Assembly: GCA_023475225.1 (NCBI GenBank)
Contig: JAMCVK010000008.1
Coordinates: 13,018-77,017, forward strand
Source of the DNA: Chloroflexota bacterium
GTDB lineage: Bacteria > Chloroflexota > UBA6077 > FW602-bin22 > JAMCVK01
Direction of reading: 5' to 3'
DNA length: 64,000 nt
How positions within the stretch are numbered: position 1 is the first letter of the stretch; every line of letters begins with the position of its first letter. A program made the translations under genes and the position numbers. The notes beneath the pieces were generated by a model, which saw nothing but the letters and a program-made list of their open reading frames with translations, was not told the DNA's origin and ran no database searches. Positions 45,664 to 55,685 of this stretch are shown in pieces.

Positions 45664-46707
45664 TTAGTCGGTTGATTCGACCTTGGCTCCACAGTTCGGA
45701 CAAAAGCGGGCTTCGGGTGGTAAGGGCGCTTGGCAATTGGCACAAAGCGGTGCAGACCCAAACCTGATGCCACAATTCGGGCAGAACTTAGCATTGGCCG
45801 CTACCTGGGCCCGGCAATTAGAACAGAGGAGAACCTGCTGGCTGACGCCCTGTGCCGCCTGAGTAATAATCTGCGGAATCATCATTCCCAGACCGGCGCC
45901 CAAACCGAGCCCCATACCTGTCGCTGCACCCTCACCTGTACCACCACCACGCGCCGCATCTCCCATCGCGCGCCCTGCCTTCATTTGCAGATAGGCAGCC
46001 ATATTGGCCGTCCCAATCGCTTCCAGGCCAGAACGCTCATCGATGATCCGCTGCACATCTTCGGGTGGGGTAATGGCTCCAATATAGAGCGTCTTTAAGT
46101 CAACACCCAGAGCAGCGAAGTCTCCTTTTACCTTAGCCCGGATACCGATAGCCAGCTCATCGTACATCTTGGGCAGGTCGAGGATCGAGCGGAGCGATTC
46201 ACCGAGGAGGTCATTCAGCCTGGACACGATGATCCCTCGCCAGAAGCTCTCGATCTGCCCCGTAGTATAGATCCCCTGCGTACCCACAATCTTATTAACG
46301 AACAGCAGCGGCTCACTTACCTGTATACTGAACGTGCCAAAGGCACGCAAGCGCACCATGCCCAGCTCGCTATCGCGGAAAGCGATTGGCTCTGGCGTGC
46401 CCCATTTCAGATCGATGAACTCTCGCATATTTACAAAGTAGACCTCGGCCTTGAAGGGTGTTTCCCCCCCAAAGGGGATACCGATGAGTCCCACCAGGAG
46501 CGGAAGATTAGCCGTCGTCAAGGTGTGTCTGCCCGGACTAAATGTATCGAGTGCCTTTCCATCACGGAAGAAAACTGCCTTCTGGCTCTCTCGCACGATC
46601 AGCTGAGCTCCCAGCTTGAAGGTGCCAGATCCCTCCTCCGGCACCCGATGCACTATCTCTTGCCCTGTTTCGTCAAAGTATTCGATTACCTCTAAGAACA
46701 CGGACAT
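45664..46707 (-). CDS. SPFH/band-7-like protein with C-terminal double zinc ribbon (YdjI / COG4260-like)
   Basis: The body resembles the 'virion core protein'-type SPFH family. The C-terminus has [13 protein letters not shown] and CANCQAP..CPNCG. ATG 46707 follows AAAGGAGGA. Confidence 0.75.
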   Translation of the reverse strand: MSVFLEVIEYFDETGQEIVHRVPEEGSGTFKLGAQLIVRESQKAVFFRDGKALDTFSPGRHTLTTANLPLLVGLIGIPFGGETPFKAEVYFVNMREFIDLKWGTPEPIAFRDSELGMVRLRAFGTFSIQVSEPLLFVNKIVGTQGIYTTGQIESFWRGIIVSRLNDLLGESLRSILDLPKMYDELAIGIRAKVKGDFAALGVDLKTLYIGAITPPEDVQRIIDERSGLEAIGTANMAAYLQMKAGRAMGDAARGGGTGEGAATGMGLGLGAGLGMMIPQIITQAAQGVSQQVLLCSNCRAQVAANAKFCPNCGIRFGSAPLCANCQAPLPPEARFCPNCGAKVESTD

Positions 46708-46735
46708 CGTTGATCCTCCTTTCACTCAAAGCGAG

Positions 46736-47260
46736 CTAGCGACCGCTAACAATCTCCTGGCGTTGTCCGAAGAGACGATTGAGGTCCTCCACCTTAACCG
46801 CTAGATCACCCGCTGCGCCCTCTAGGGGCTCCCTGTTAGCCACTTTCTCCACCAGCGCATCAACCTTCTTGACCACCTCGTCCACTCCAGCCAGGAGCCC
46901 GGCATCGAAGCGATAGAGCCGATCCAGCTCTGCCTCCCGCACCTCGAGGGCATCAAACCAACCTGCATAACCGTAGCTAGCTATCCGCAGGTGATCGATC
47001 AACAGTTGCAGTTTCGTAAAGGCCAAATCTACAGCTGGCAAGGAGGTTAATTGCCCTGCCCCAGCCAGTTGCACCTCGACCTCAGATAATCTATCTCGCT
47101 GTTCGGTAAGGCGATCAGCCACGTAAGTGCGCAACAGTTTGTCAGCGTCGCGGCGCATCTCCCGATCCAGATAGCCACCGAAACCGGGAATACGGCTCAG
47201 TAAGCGCTTAAACTCCGCCTGTTCCTCGTAAACCCTATCCTGAAACTCCATGAATCCCAC
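46736..47260 (-). CDS. Hypothetical helical (coiled-coil-like) protein
   Basis: 174-aa ORF in operon context (gaps of 18-28 nt). No motif was recognised. Confidence 0.55.
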   Translation of the reverse strand: MGFMEFQDRVYEEQAEFKRLLSRIPGFGGYLDREMRRDADKLLRTYVADRLTEQRDRLSEVEVQLAGAGQLTSLPAVDLAFTKLQLLIDHLRIASYGYAGWFDALEVREAELDRLYRFDAGLLAGVDEVVKKVDALVEKVANREPLEGAAGDLAVKVEDLNRLFGQRQEIVSGR

Positions 47261-47278
47261 CTCCGTCCGTAATGTGCT

Positions 47279-47797
47279 TTACAGAAATATCTCTGCGCCG
47301 CAGAACTCACACTTGATGATGCCCTTACCAGCCAAAGTGAGGGTTGCCCCACAGTTGGGACATTTATTTCCCTCTTTAAGCTGCGCTGCCTCTTGAGCAT
47401 AGAGCAGCCCCTGACTCCAATCGATATAGCCAGTGAAGAGCTCCCGACCGACCAGGTCGTAGATATACCCCTTTATCTGTTCCCGGCTTGTTCGTGTCTC
47501 CAGGGCCAGATCGCTGAGACGAACCTTGCCCCGGGCCTGGACTATGTTGAGGATCTTCCTTTCTGTTTCCACTTCAGCATATGCTCTTTCCTCGGCGCGC
47601 CCTTTCGACCAGAGATATATACCACTACCTAGCAGGGGAGTAACAAGGATGAAGAGGAGGATCGAACCCAGTAGCATTGCAGGCATATCAGCCTTACCAG
47701 ATTGAAGGCCACCGAGAAGCCATAGTCCACCCATTGCGCTGATACCTACCCCAATCAGGAAAAGTCCGCCACCGATCATTTTACCACCGCCGATCAT
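47279..47797 (-). CDS. Membrane protein with two N-terminal TM helices, a wHTH-like middle and a C-terminal zinc ribbon
   Basis: 172 aa. Gly-rich TM segments are followed by ILNIVQARGKVRLSDLALETRTSREQIKGYIYDLV and then CPNCGA...CEFCGA. Confidence 0.6.
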   Translation of the reverse strand: MIGGGKMIGGGLFLIGVGISAMGGLWLLGGLQSGKADMPAMLLGSILLFILVTPLLGSGIYLWSKGRAEERAYAEVETERKILNIVQARGKVRLSDLALETRTSREQIKGYIYDLVGRELFTGYIDWSQGLLYAQEAAQLKEGNKCPNCGATLTLAGKGIIKCEFCGAEIFL

Positions 47798-47815
47798 AGG
47801 TACACCTCGTCCCCA

Positions 47816-49762
47816 TCAGTCTGCTCCTCCCCCGCCGCCCCCGCCACCACCACCGCCTCCAGCCCCACCACTCCAACCTCCACTCCAACCACCACGGGAA
47901 CTGCTTGGTGCACTGGTGAATACGTGAGAGGTGGAGGTAAGCATACTGAAGAGGCCATCGCTGATGCTCTGTAAACTGCTGAACATTTGATCGCTGCCCT
48001 CCTGAAGGGTTGGGAGGCTAGTCCCACTGCCCGGTAGTCCTCCTCGCCTGCTGGAGGGATAACCGTAATCGGGAACCCTCCAGGAGCGGGGGCGTGGATA
48101 ACGCCGTGGATAGCCTTCATCAGTAGGGACGACCGGCGGGAGACTTTCATACCAGGGCGGGGCCGGTGCACCGATCTGAGCAAACTTGTGTACCCAACTA
48201 CGCTCTATCCCAAAGGCTATGGCATAAGGAAGATACTTATCAAAGATATCTGTCGCTTCCTTGAGGTTCGTATAGCGCTGAATGTCGGTTAGATACTTGC
48301 CGAAGGCAAGCCACCTCGCCCTCTCCTCCGCCCCCTTGGGTGTGCGTCTCGGCATCACCGTGGCTACAGCCATTAGCCCCAGAGCCGGGAACCCAATGCC
48401 TAGAAAAGGACAGATAGCCAGATTGGCGTACCGGGTGAGGGCAGCTAGAGCCAGCCCACCCCCGGCTGCTGCCAGAACCAAGACGACACAGCCGGCCAGC
48501 CTATAATTGCGCCGCACCCTCTCAGGATTGGCCGTAAAGAAACCAAGCTTCACCACCTCATTGTAGAGATCATCTTTCAGAGAAGGAAGCTCAGTGTAGA
48601 ATCGTTCCCGCAGACTCGATAAGCGCACCTGGCGGGCACTATGGAATAGGGCCTTGACAAGCGCCTTCTCGTAGGGACGTAGGGGCTGATCCGTGTCCAG
48701 TAATTCGTAATAGAAATCCCTTCCACTCCAGGAATCCCCTTCCTGCTTCTCAGTTATCTTGATTATCCCTCGCCTGGCCAGGTCAATGAGAGTGGCGATG
48801 ATATCCTTGAGGTCGGCCTTCTCATCGATCAGCGTGCCCACTACACCAGGGGGCGAATCGCTTGGGGGATTAGACAGATATTCAGCGGCGAGACGCACCG
48901 GTCGATCACGCCCCCGTCGATACCAGAGCAGCCAGAGAAAGACGATACCGAGCACAAGGGAGAAAAGCCCGACTACCAGAAATCCCAAATCGACGAGGGG
49001 ACGCCACCGCTCATTATAAGCATCCATACGGTCGGCTTCGCTTTGCCAGGCAGGAGGTTGGCCTTTTACGATGCCGTGAGGGAAGCGCATACCGACCTCC
49101 AGTCCCCGGTCGGGAGGAATATCGGTAGCGTAGAACTCAATAGTTTGCTCACCCAGAAGGCGTGTTTCCGCTTTCGTATCAAAGGAGGCTAGCTGCAATT
49201 GAGCCGGCGCCACGGGTGCCGGTAGATGTACGGTTACCCTGGCCGACCTGATCGGTTTGCTGTGCTCGGCAAAGATCGCCTTCCACTGGAGGCGATCACC
49301 TTGTTCGTAGAAGGCGAGGGCCCCACGAACTAGATACTTGATCTGAAAGGTGCGGGCCCTGCCGCTGGTATAGGGAAACCACCAGTCGATCCGCAGAGCG
49401 CCGTCCTCTACACTGGTCGTGAAACCGCCAATAGTTTCACTTCTCACTCTGCGATATGGTTGATCACCCTCCCAAACCTCAACCCCCTCGATGGATGCAA
49501 GGCGGTCGGTGGGGATCCAGCGGTAGGCGTGGTGGAAAGAACCGATGGTGAAGACGTATTTCTGTGTCTCTACAATCTGAAGGGCAGAGTCTGGTCGAAC
49601 GATGATATCAACGTTGATATAGTCCCAATAATAATTCTTGGGCTCATCGGCCTGAGCGATGCCGAAGTTGCCCAAGACTGAAAGGAGGATGACAAAGAGT
49701 GCCCAGGCATATCGTGTCTTCATCACACTTATCTCAGCCCGTCGACGAAGGAGGCTTCCCAT
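47816..49762 (-). CDS. DUF2207-family membrane protein with Gly-rich C-terminal tail
   Basis: A signal-like N-terminus is followed by an extracytoplasmic domain, TM helices and the tail SSRGGWSGGWSGGAGGGGGGGGGGGGAD, as is typical of this family. ATG 49762 follows GGCGGAGG, so it is preferred over 49861. Confidence 0.7.
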   Translation of the reverse strand: MGSLLRRRAEISVMKTRYAWALFVILLSVLGNFGIAQADEPKNYYWDYINVDIIVRPDSALQIVETQKYVFTIGSFHHAYRWIPTDRLASIEGVEVWEGDQPYRRVRSETIGGFTTSVEDGALRIDWWFPYTSGRARTFQIKYLVRGALAFYEQGDRLQWKAIFAEHSKPIRSARVTVHLPAPVAPAQLQLASFDTKAETRLLGEQTIEFYATDIPPDRGLEVGMRFPHGIVKGQPPAWQSEADRMDAYNERWRPLVDLGFLVVGLFSLVLGIVFLWLLWYRRGRDRPVRLAAEYLSNPPSDSPPGVVGTLIDEKADLKDIIATLIDLARRGIIKITEKQEGDSWSGRDFYYELLDTDQPLRPYEKALVKALFHSARQVRLSSLRERFYTELPSLKDDLYNEVVKLGFFTANPERVRRNYRLAGCVVLVLAAAGGGLALAALTRYANLAICPFLGIGFPALGLMAVATVMPRRTPKGAEERARWLAFGKYLTDIQRYTNLKEATDIFDKYLPYAIAFGIERSWVHKFAQIGAPAPPWYESLPPVVPTDEGYPRRYPRPRSWRVPDYGYPSSRRGGLPGSGTSLPTLQEGSDQMFSSLQSISDGLFSMLTSTSHVFTSAPSSSRGGWSGGWSGGAGGGGGGGGGGGGAD

Positions 49763-49831
49763 CTCAGCCTCCGCCATTATAACAGCGCCCCGGTGAGTGG
49801 TCAAACGGGCGCATATTTCCCCAAGAAAAAC

Positions 49832-49861
49832 TTGACAGATGGTCGATCGGGGACGTACCAT
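49832..49861 (+). promoter_or_regulatory. Possible promoter for thyX-bioY
   Basis: TTGACA 49832-49837, 18 nt, TACCAT 49856-49861. Confidence 0.35.
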
Positions 49862-49897
49862 AGCCCAAGGTAAATTACTTGCGATCCGAGGAGATGG

Positions 49898-50536
49898 ATG
49901 ATGGATGTTGAGCTAATCGCCATAACACCCGATAGCCAAAAGGTGATTGAGCGGGCTGGTCGAACCTGTTACCTTTCCTTTGAAAAGGAGGGGCCAGGAA
50001 GCGATGAAAGATTGATAAAACAGCTCATTAATAGCGGACACCTCTCCGTTCTCGAGCATGCCTATGCCACCTTCAGGATACGGGGTTGCTCCAGAACCTT
50101 CACCCATCAGCTGGTCAGGCACCGTCTCTGCGCTTTCTCGCAGCAATCACAACGTTATGTAAACGAAGCGAACTTTCAGTTCGTGGAACCAACCTCCATC
50201 CAGAGCAATCCTGAGGCTCACGACCTCTTCTTAAGGGTGATGGAGGTGTGCAGGGAATCTTATAAACGATTGTATGAGCTGGGTATCCGCAAGGAGGATG
50301 CGCGCTACGTCCTTCCCAATGCGACGCAGAGCGAGATCGTAGTCTCAGCCAATTTCAGGCAATTCAGGCACATGATAGAAGAAAGATGTTCCTTACGGGC
50401 CCAATGGGAGATCAGAGAGGTGATGCTCCAGATCCTACGCATCCTGCAACAGGCAGCTCCGGCGGTCTTCGCTGATTTCAAAATCGACGAGGAACGGCGG
50501 ATCGCCTATCGCATCACCCCGGCGATGCCGGTCTAA
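49898..50536 (+). CDS. thyX: FAD-dependent thymidylate synthase
   Basis: ThyX motif RHRLCAFSQQSQRY (RHR...S....SxR), 212 aa. Confidence 0.9.
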   Translation: MMDVELIAITPDSQKVIERAGRTCYLSFEKEGPGSDERLIKQLINSGHLSVLEHAYATFRIRGCSRTFTHQLVRHRLCAFSQQSQRYVNEANFQFVEPTSIQSNPEAHDLFLRVMEVCRESYKRLYELGIRKEDARYVLPNATQSEIVVSANFRQFRHMIEERCSLRAQWEIREVMLQILRILQQAAPAVFADFKIDEERRIAYRITPAMPV

Positions 50537-50556
50537 TAACTTTTTGAGGAGGTCCT

Positions 50557-51156
50557 ATGCAAGCACATCCAACCCTAACCATGACAGAAACCGTATTTCC
50601 GAAGGTGACCATCTTACGTAATGTTCTCTTGATCCTCTTCTTTAGCCTCTTCACGTCCATCTCTGCTCAGGTTCGTCTTGAGCTGCCCTTTACCCCTGTC
50701 CCCATCACCGGGCAGACGCTAGCCATCCTGCTGAGCGGTGCTCTACTGGGCAGTCGCCGTGGGGCCCTCAGCGTGATGGTTTACATCGTGGAGGGGGCTT
50801 TGGGCCTACCGGTGTTCGCTGGGGGTACGGCCGGATTGACCAGGTTGTTGGGAGTGACCGGGGGGTATCTCATTGGCTTCGTCCCAGCAGCTTTCACTGT
50901 AGGGTTGCTGGCTGAGCGGGGCTGGGATCGGCGCATATCCAGCGCTATGGCCGCTATGTTTATCGGTAACGCCCTCATTTATTTGTTCGGTCTGCCATGG
51001 CTTGCCCTTGTCACCAGAGCTGATCTGGGCACAGCCGTTATGCTGGGACTGCTCCCTTTCCTGCCTGGAGATGTGTTGAAAATAGTTTTAGCTGCCTTGG
51101 TTCTGCCCTCTGGCTGGGCTCTGCTGCGACTCAATAGTGCGGGGCGAACGAGGTAG
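50557..51156 (+). CDS. bioY: Biotin transporter S-component
   Basis: 199 aa. PVPITGQTLAILLSGALLG...EGALGLPVFAGG is a typical BioY sequence. Confidence 0.85.
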   Translation: MQAHPTLTMTETVFPKVTILRNVLLILFFSLFTSISAQVRLELPFTPVPITGQTLAILLSGALLGSRRGALSVMVYIVEGALGLPVFAGGTAGLTRLLGVTGGYLIGFVPAAFTVGLLAERGWDRRISSAMAAMFIGNALIYLFGLPWLALVTRADLGTAVMLGLLPFLPGDVLKIVLAALVLPSGWALLRLNSAGRTR

Positions 51157-51163
51157 CAAGAGT

Positions 51164-51784
51164 TCAGGTCATCTTGACTACAATATTGCCGATTATATTG
51201 GCCGCTTCGTCGCCTCGATCGGCCGCGTTGCTCAAGTGCCGGTATATTTCGCGCAGTTTCAATATGTAAACAACGTCGTCGAGCGATTTCACGCTCTTGA
51301 ATAATTCGGTGAGCGCTTCCCGATAGATGCTTTCAGCTTGATTCTCCAGGCTCTTTGCTCTCATCGAATGCTCAGCAGCCACACCAGGATGTTCCTTCAA
51401 CCGAAGAACGGCATGATAGAGCTCCTCGGCAGCCTGGCACAGGGTGGAGGCCATCTTGTAAAGATAAGGTGTAGGCTGCACATCCAGAATGGTCATCTCA
51501 TCAATGGTACTGTAGGCATAGTCAAGGACATCGTCTATGGCCCTGGAGAGGGCAAATATATCTTCTCGGTCGATCGGGGTCACGAAAGTGCGGTTCAGCT
51601 CATCGACCAGGATCAACCGGAGCTCATCCTCCTCCTGCTCCAGTTGAACGACCCGCTTGGCCATCTGGGGATCACCATCTTTAGCAAAGGCTTCCAGAGC
51701 CTCGAGCCCTTCGCGCGTCTTTTGAGCCTGGGCAAGGAGTAGATTCAGGAAGTTGCTCTGCCGTCGTTGGAAAAACCATCCCAC
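51164..51784 (-). CDS. DUF47 / PhoU-like phosphate-transport accessory protein
   Basis: 206 aa, immediately downstream of a PiT transporter. It is helical with a TIGR00153-like pattern. Confidence 0.75.
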   Translation of the reverse strand: MGWFFQRRQSNFLNLLLAQAQKTREGLEALEAFAKDGDPQMAKRVVQLEQEEDELRLILVDELNRTFVTPIDREDIFALSRAIDDVLDYAYSTIDEMTILDVQPTPYLYKMASTLCQAAEELYHAVLRLKEHPGVAAEHSMRAKSLENQAESIYREALTELFKSVKSLDDVVYILKLREIYRHLSNAADRGDEAANIIGNIVVKMT

Positions 51785-51799
51785 TTTGTTCCTCCTGTT

Positions 51800-52798
51800 C
51801 TAGCTGAAGACGGTGATGATCGTCTTACACAGAATGGCTCCGATCAACGCCGTGGCCGGTAGGGTTATTAACCAGGCAGCGACGATATTATTGACTACCA
51901 CCCAGCGCACTTTAGAGATGCGCTCAGCCGAACCGACACCAATAACGGACGAGCACATTACCTGCGTCGTGCTCACCGGCCCACCAAGTAAGGCGGCGCT
52001 GAGGATGACCGAGGCCGCCGCTGCCTGGGCCGTGAAACCGTGAACGGGGCGGATGCGGTAAAGCCCCACTCCCAGGGTCCTTATTATGCGCCAGGCACCG
52101 ATACTTACTCCCAGGGCAATAGCCCCGGCGCAACTGGCTATCACCCAGGTGGGCACCACGAACACTGGTTGCGTCCCAAAGGACACCAGTAAGAAGGTGA
52201 TCACACCCATCGTTTTTTGGGCATCATTGGTGCCGTGGCTGAGAGCCAAGGCGATAGAAGTGAAAACCTGGAATCGCTTGAAGAATAGGTTGATGCGCGG
52301 TGTAGCCCCACTGGCCAGGAATAGGATCAGTTTGAGGCCCAGGTAGCCGACCAGCAGGCCAAGGAATGGCGCCATTAACAAAGCGATGAGTATCTTGATT
52401 AAACCAGCCGTTTGAATGGCCGAGATGCCTGTTGATATGGCCACCGCGCCAATGATTCCCCCGATGAGGGCATGCGATGAGCTAGAAGGTAAGCCCTGAT
52501 GCCAGGTAAACAGATTCCAGCCAATGGCGCTGAGCAACGCGGCCAGGATGACCATAACATTTACGGTCGCTGGATCGACAAGGTCTCGGCCGATAGTGGT
52601 GGCTACGGCCACACCAAAAATGAAAGGGCCACAGAATTCCGCTATAGAGGCGATGGCCAGCGCCTTACGCGGCGACACAGCACCCGAAGAGATGATTGTG
52701 GCAACGATACTACCGCTATCGTTGAATCCATTGAGGAAGTCGAAGAGTAAGGCCAGGGCGATCGCTGTTATGAGCCAGGTCATTCCTTGCATCCCCAC
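51800..52798 (-). CDS. Inorganic phosphate transporter, PiT family
   Basis: LLFDFLNGFNDSGSIVAT and HGTNDAQKTMG are PiT signature repeats. The start is ambiguous (GTG 52798, ATG 52792 or 52783). Confidence 0.85.
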   Translation of the reverse strand: MGMQGMTWLITAIALALLFDFLNGFNDSGSIVATIISSGAVSPRKALAIASIAEFCGPFIFGVAVATTIGRDLVDPATVNVMVILAALLSAIGWNLFTWHQGLPSSSSHALIGGIIGAVAISTGISAIQTAGLIKILIALLMAPFLGLLVGYLGLKLILFLASGATPRINLFFKRFQVFTSIALALSHGTNDAQKTMGVITFLLVSFGTQPVFVVPTWVIASCAGAIALGVSIGAWRIIRTLGVGLYRIRPVHGFTAQAAAASVILSAALLGGPVSTTQVMCSSVIGVGSAERISKVRWVVVNNIVAAWLITLPATALIGAILCKTIITVFS

Positions 52799-53181
52799 GT
52801 TGACTACAAAATGTTCCTTAAATCCCTTCTAAGTTGTTGACGATACCATCAAATATAAGATCGCAAAAGATACCGAATGCCGATGCGGTTGCAGAGTAGA
52901 GCCTCAGTTGAGCGGAATGCGTCCCTGATGGCTTGATTCTCGTCGTCCAACGCGGTAGGGCGGGTGGAGGTAGGCCCCCGGCTTTACACCTGCCTTGGAG
53001 CAACCCGATTGCCAGAGATTCAAGCTATAGGGGTGAGGGCAGGGCCCGCCAAACGACGAAGAGGGGAGCAACGCCGATCTTGGTTAGTGCCTAAGTATAG
53101 TACTGTAAACGCCGTTCCTCAGCCTCGGCATGAGCCGAGACCCAGGTCATCCTCTTCCTAGATATAAAACCGCTGGAGCAG

Positions 53182-53218
53182 TTACCTGGTGGGGCATAAT
53201 CTATGCCCCACCAGGTAA
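53182..53218 (-). terminator. Perfect 17-bp hairpin just downstream of the sugar-SBP gene
   Basis: ttacctggtggggcata atc tatgccccaccaggtaa, 6 nt after the stop on the minus strand. Only a weak T-tract (ttttat) lies 11 nt further on. Confidence 0.55.
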
Positions 53219-53224
53219 TCCATT

Positions 53225-54607
53225 CTACTTGGCGTACTTCTTCAGCTCGGCATCAATCCTGGTCGCCGCCGTTTTGATCGTGCTCTCCACTGGCAGACCC
53301 CTGATGATGTCAGCCAGGGCCTGGTTAACTAAAGTGCCATACTCTGTATAGCCAGGTGTCTCCGGGCGAGCGTGTCCCCACTTGACCAGCTCCAGATAGG
53401 AGAGGTTCAAGGGGAAGGTCTGAAACTCCGGTATCTGGGCATAGGCCGATTTGCGGGCTGGAAGCATGCCGATATTCTTAAACCAGATCGGCGCCATCTC
53501 CTTGCTGGTCATAAACTTGACGAACTCTTTGGCTTCCTCCTTATGCTTGGCCCCAGAGGTCACTGTAAGCATAAGATTGCCCGTATGGGTGATGGGCGTC
53601 TTCAGGTAGGGCAACGGCATGATCGACCATTTCATGTCCGGATACTTTTTCAAGACGATAACAAAGTCATCCGGGCGCATGGCGGTGGCCGCCTTGCCCG
53701 TCTCGAAGGCATCAGGGACTGTCGCCTGAGGAGAGAGCTTCCACTTGTTGAAGAAGTCGGACATAAATTGGAAGGCCTCCAGCGCCTGCGGCGTGTCGAT
53801 GTAGCCGGTTACCTTGGTGCCCTCCGGGCTCATCCCCATAAACGTGGGCGTGCCCGGCTTATCGTTGGAGCGAACCATCGGTATCCAGTCATAGTTCGTC
53901 CCCAGGCTGCGTGTCACCAACCCCCAGACCTTGGGGATGCCATCGGGAGGGATGGGACCGACGACCTTGCGCAGGGCCTCAGCGAACTGGGGCCAGGTCC
54001 AGGCCTCCTCCAGGGTCCGCGGTAGCTTAATGCCCGCCTCATCAAACATCTTGGTGTTGTAGAAGATGAGGATGGAGGACTGGATGTACGGCCCAGCGTA
54101 TAATTTGCCCTGCCAGGATCCCTCCCTCACCGAGGCCTCGACGAAGTCAGCCATATCCTCTTTGGTGTAGATAGCATCCAGGGGGATAATGGAGCCAGCA
54201 TAGGCGTAGGCCTTGATGTTCGGTCCATCGGCGTCGATCACATCGGGGGGCTCACCGGAGGCCAGGGAGACAGCGATCTTGCGGAAGACCTCCGCGAAAG
54301 GCACTGCTTCATACTCTATCTTGATGTTCGGGTGCTTTTCCTCGAACATCTTGATCATGGTCTTAAAGGCGCTAAACCTTGGCTCCCCAAGCAAACCCAG
54401 GAAGCGGAGGGTAACCGGTGCCGCTGGCTTAGTTGGCGTCGGTGGCACTGGCGTCGGAGTGGCCACAGCCACCGGCGTCGGTGTCACCGCTGCTGGGGCG
54501 GGTGGCTTGGTCGGCGTCGGTGTTGGGGCGGCGGCTGGCGCACAGGCACCCACTACGAAACTGAACAATAGGACGACAACGATCGGCAGCAAAAACTGTC
54601 TTTTCAC
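53225..54607 (-). CDS. ABC transporter extracellular solute-binding lipoprotein, family 1 (sugar type)
   Basis: 460 aa with lipobox VGAC, then APAAAPTPTPTK and a P/T linker. The body is SBP_bac_1-like. GTG start with AAAGGAGAC RBS. Confidence 0.85.
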   Translation of the reverse strand: MKRQFLLPIVVVLLFSFVVGACAPAAAPTPTPTKPPAPAAVTPTPVAVATPTPVPPTPTKPAAPVTLRFLGLLGEPRFSAFKTMIKMFEEKHPNIKIEYEAVPFAEVFRKIAVSLASGEPPDVIDADGPNIKAYAYAGSIIPLDAIYTKEDMADFVEASVREGSWQGKLYAGPYIQSSILIFYNTKMFDEAGIKLPRTLEEAWTWPQFAEALRKVVGPIPPDGIPKVWGLVTRSLGTNYDWIPMVRSNDKPGTPTFMGMSPEGTKVTGYIDTPQALEAFQFMSDFFNKWKLSPQATVPDAFETGKAATAMRPDDFVIVLKKYPDMKWSIMPLPYLKTPITHTGNLMLTVTSGAKHKEEAKEFVKFMTSKEMAPIWFKNIGMLPARKSAYAQIPEFQTFPLNLSYLELVKWGHARPETPGYTEYGTLVNQALADIIRGLPVESTIKTAATRIDAELKKYAK

Positions 54608-54727
54608 GGAAAGTCTCCTTTCACAGAACTAAAACACCGCATTACACATTTAGGGTAAAGTCAACTCGAAGAGTCTTCGACCACCAACGTCGCTTTATAC
54701 ATCACCTCCTCTCCGAAGAACTTTAAT

Positions 54728-55564
54728 TCATTCGGCCTGAAGCAGGGAAGGGAAGAGGTGACGCTTTTGGTGTCGTTCCTTTATTCCATCCCATTCAGCC
54801 AGTACCCGCACGGCCTCGCAAGCAGCCTGACAGGCCTTGTCATAATCGATCGGTTTTCTCACCCGGGTGATGCGGTTAGAGCCGGTGACACAGATGCAGC
54901 CGGCCCTCAGTCCGAAGAGGTTAGCCAACACAAAGAGGGTAGCAGCTTCCATCTCAAAGGTGGCGATCTTGGCCATACTCAGGTCTTCGATGTGATGGTC
55001 AAGCCTTGAGGGCCAATACCCGCCGGGGATAGGATTAGCCTCACCGGCGTAGAAGGAGTCGTTGCTGGCCGTGAGTCCCACGTGATAATTGAACCCCAGG
55101 CGTTCGCAAGCCTCGATCAGGGCCAGGACGACCTCGTAGCTGGCCACGGCGGGGTATTCGTCACCGATGTAGGCGCGGGGCGCGCCGGTCAAGCGCATCG
55201 CTCCGGTGTGGATGACCAGGTCGCCGGGCTCAATGTCCTTCTGTAAGCCCGCGGCCCCTCCCACCCGGATGAAGGTATCCACGCCGATGTTGGTCATCTC
55301 CACCACAGCGATATCGGTGGAGGGGCCACCAACGCCGGTGGAACAAGCGCCAATGTCTACCCCTTTATACCTTCCCCTGGCCACACGAAATTCACGGTGA
55401 TATTTGACCTCCTCGTATTCATCCCAGAACTTGCCGATGCGCGGCACACGTCCGGGGTCACCTGGGGTTAGGACGTATCTGGGTAGATCGCCCTTCTTTA
55501 CCAGCAAATGCTTCTGGAGGCCTTCGAACTCACTCGGTGGCGTGAATTCAGGTTTCGGTCTCAT
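54728..55564 (-). CDS. Nucleoside phosphorylase, PNP_UDP_1 family (uridine/purine nucleoside phosphorylase-like)
   Basis: 278 aa. LTPGDPGRVPRIG, STGVGGPS and EMEAATL are motifs typical of the family. Confidence 0.8.
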   Translation of the reverse strand: MRPKPEFTPPSEFEGLQKHLLVKKGDLPRYVLTPGDPGRVPRIGKFWDEYEEVKYHREFRVARGRYKGVDIGACSTGVGGPSTDIAVVEMTNIGVDTFIRVGGAAGLQKDIEPGDLVIHTGAMRLTGAPRAYIGDEYPAVASYEVVLALIEACERLGFNYHVGLTASNDSFYAGEANPIPGGYWPSRLDHHIEDLSMAKIATFEMEAATLFVLANLFGLRAGCICVTGSNRITRVRKPIDYDKACQAACEAVRVLAEWDGIKERHQKRHLFPSLLQAE

Positions 55565-55644
55565 CGGTGAACCTCCTTAAGAATTTTTATTCGCCCTCAG
55601 CCCATGTCCGCTCAGCATTGAGTATCAGATGTATCACCACTGAT

Positions 55645-55672
55645 ATTGTAGCATTAATCTAGCAGTTCGCAA
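55645..55672 (-). promoter_or_regulatory. Possible promoter for the nucleoside phosphorylase gene
   Basis: Minus strand reads TTGCGA (55672-55667), 16 nt, TACAAT (55650-55645). Confidence 0.4.
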
Positions 55673-55685
55673 TACGTATGGCCAC

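Noticed and set aside
47794-48183. 129-aa ORF overlapping the 3' end of the DUF2207 gene
   Set aside because: It is an alternative frame through the poly-Gly/GC-rich tail region. It lies entirely inside the DUF2207 ORF and has no independent support.
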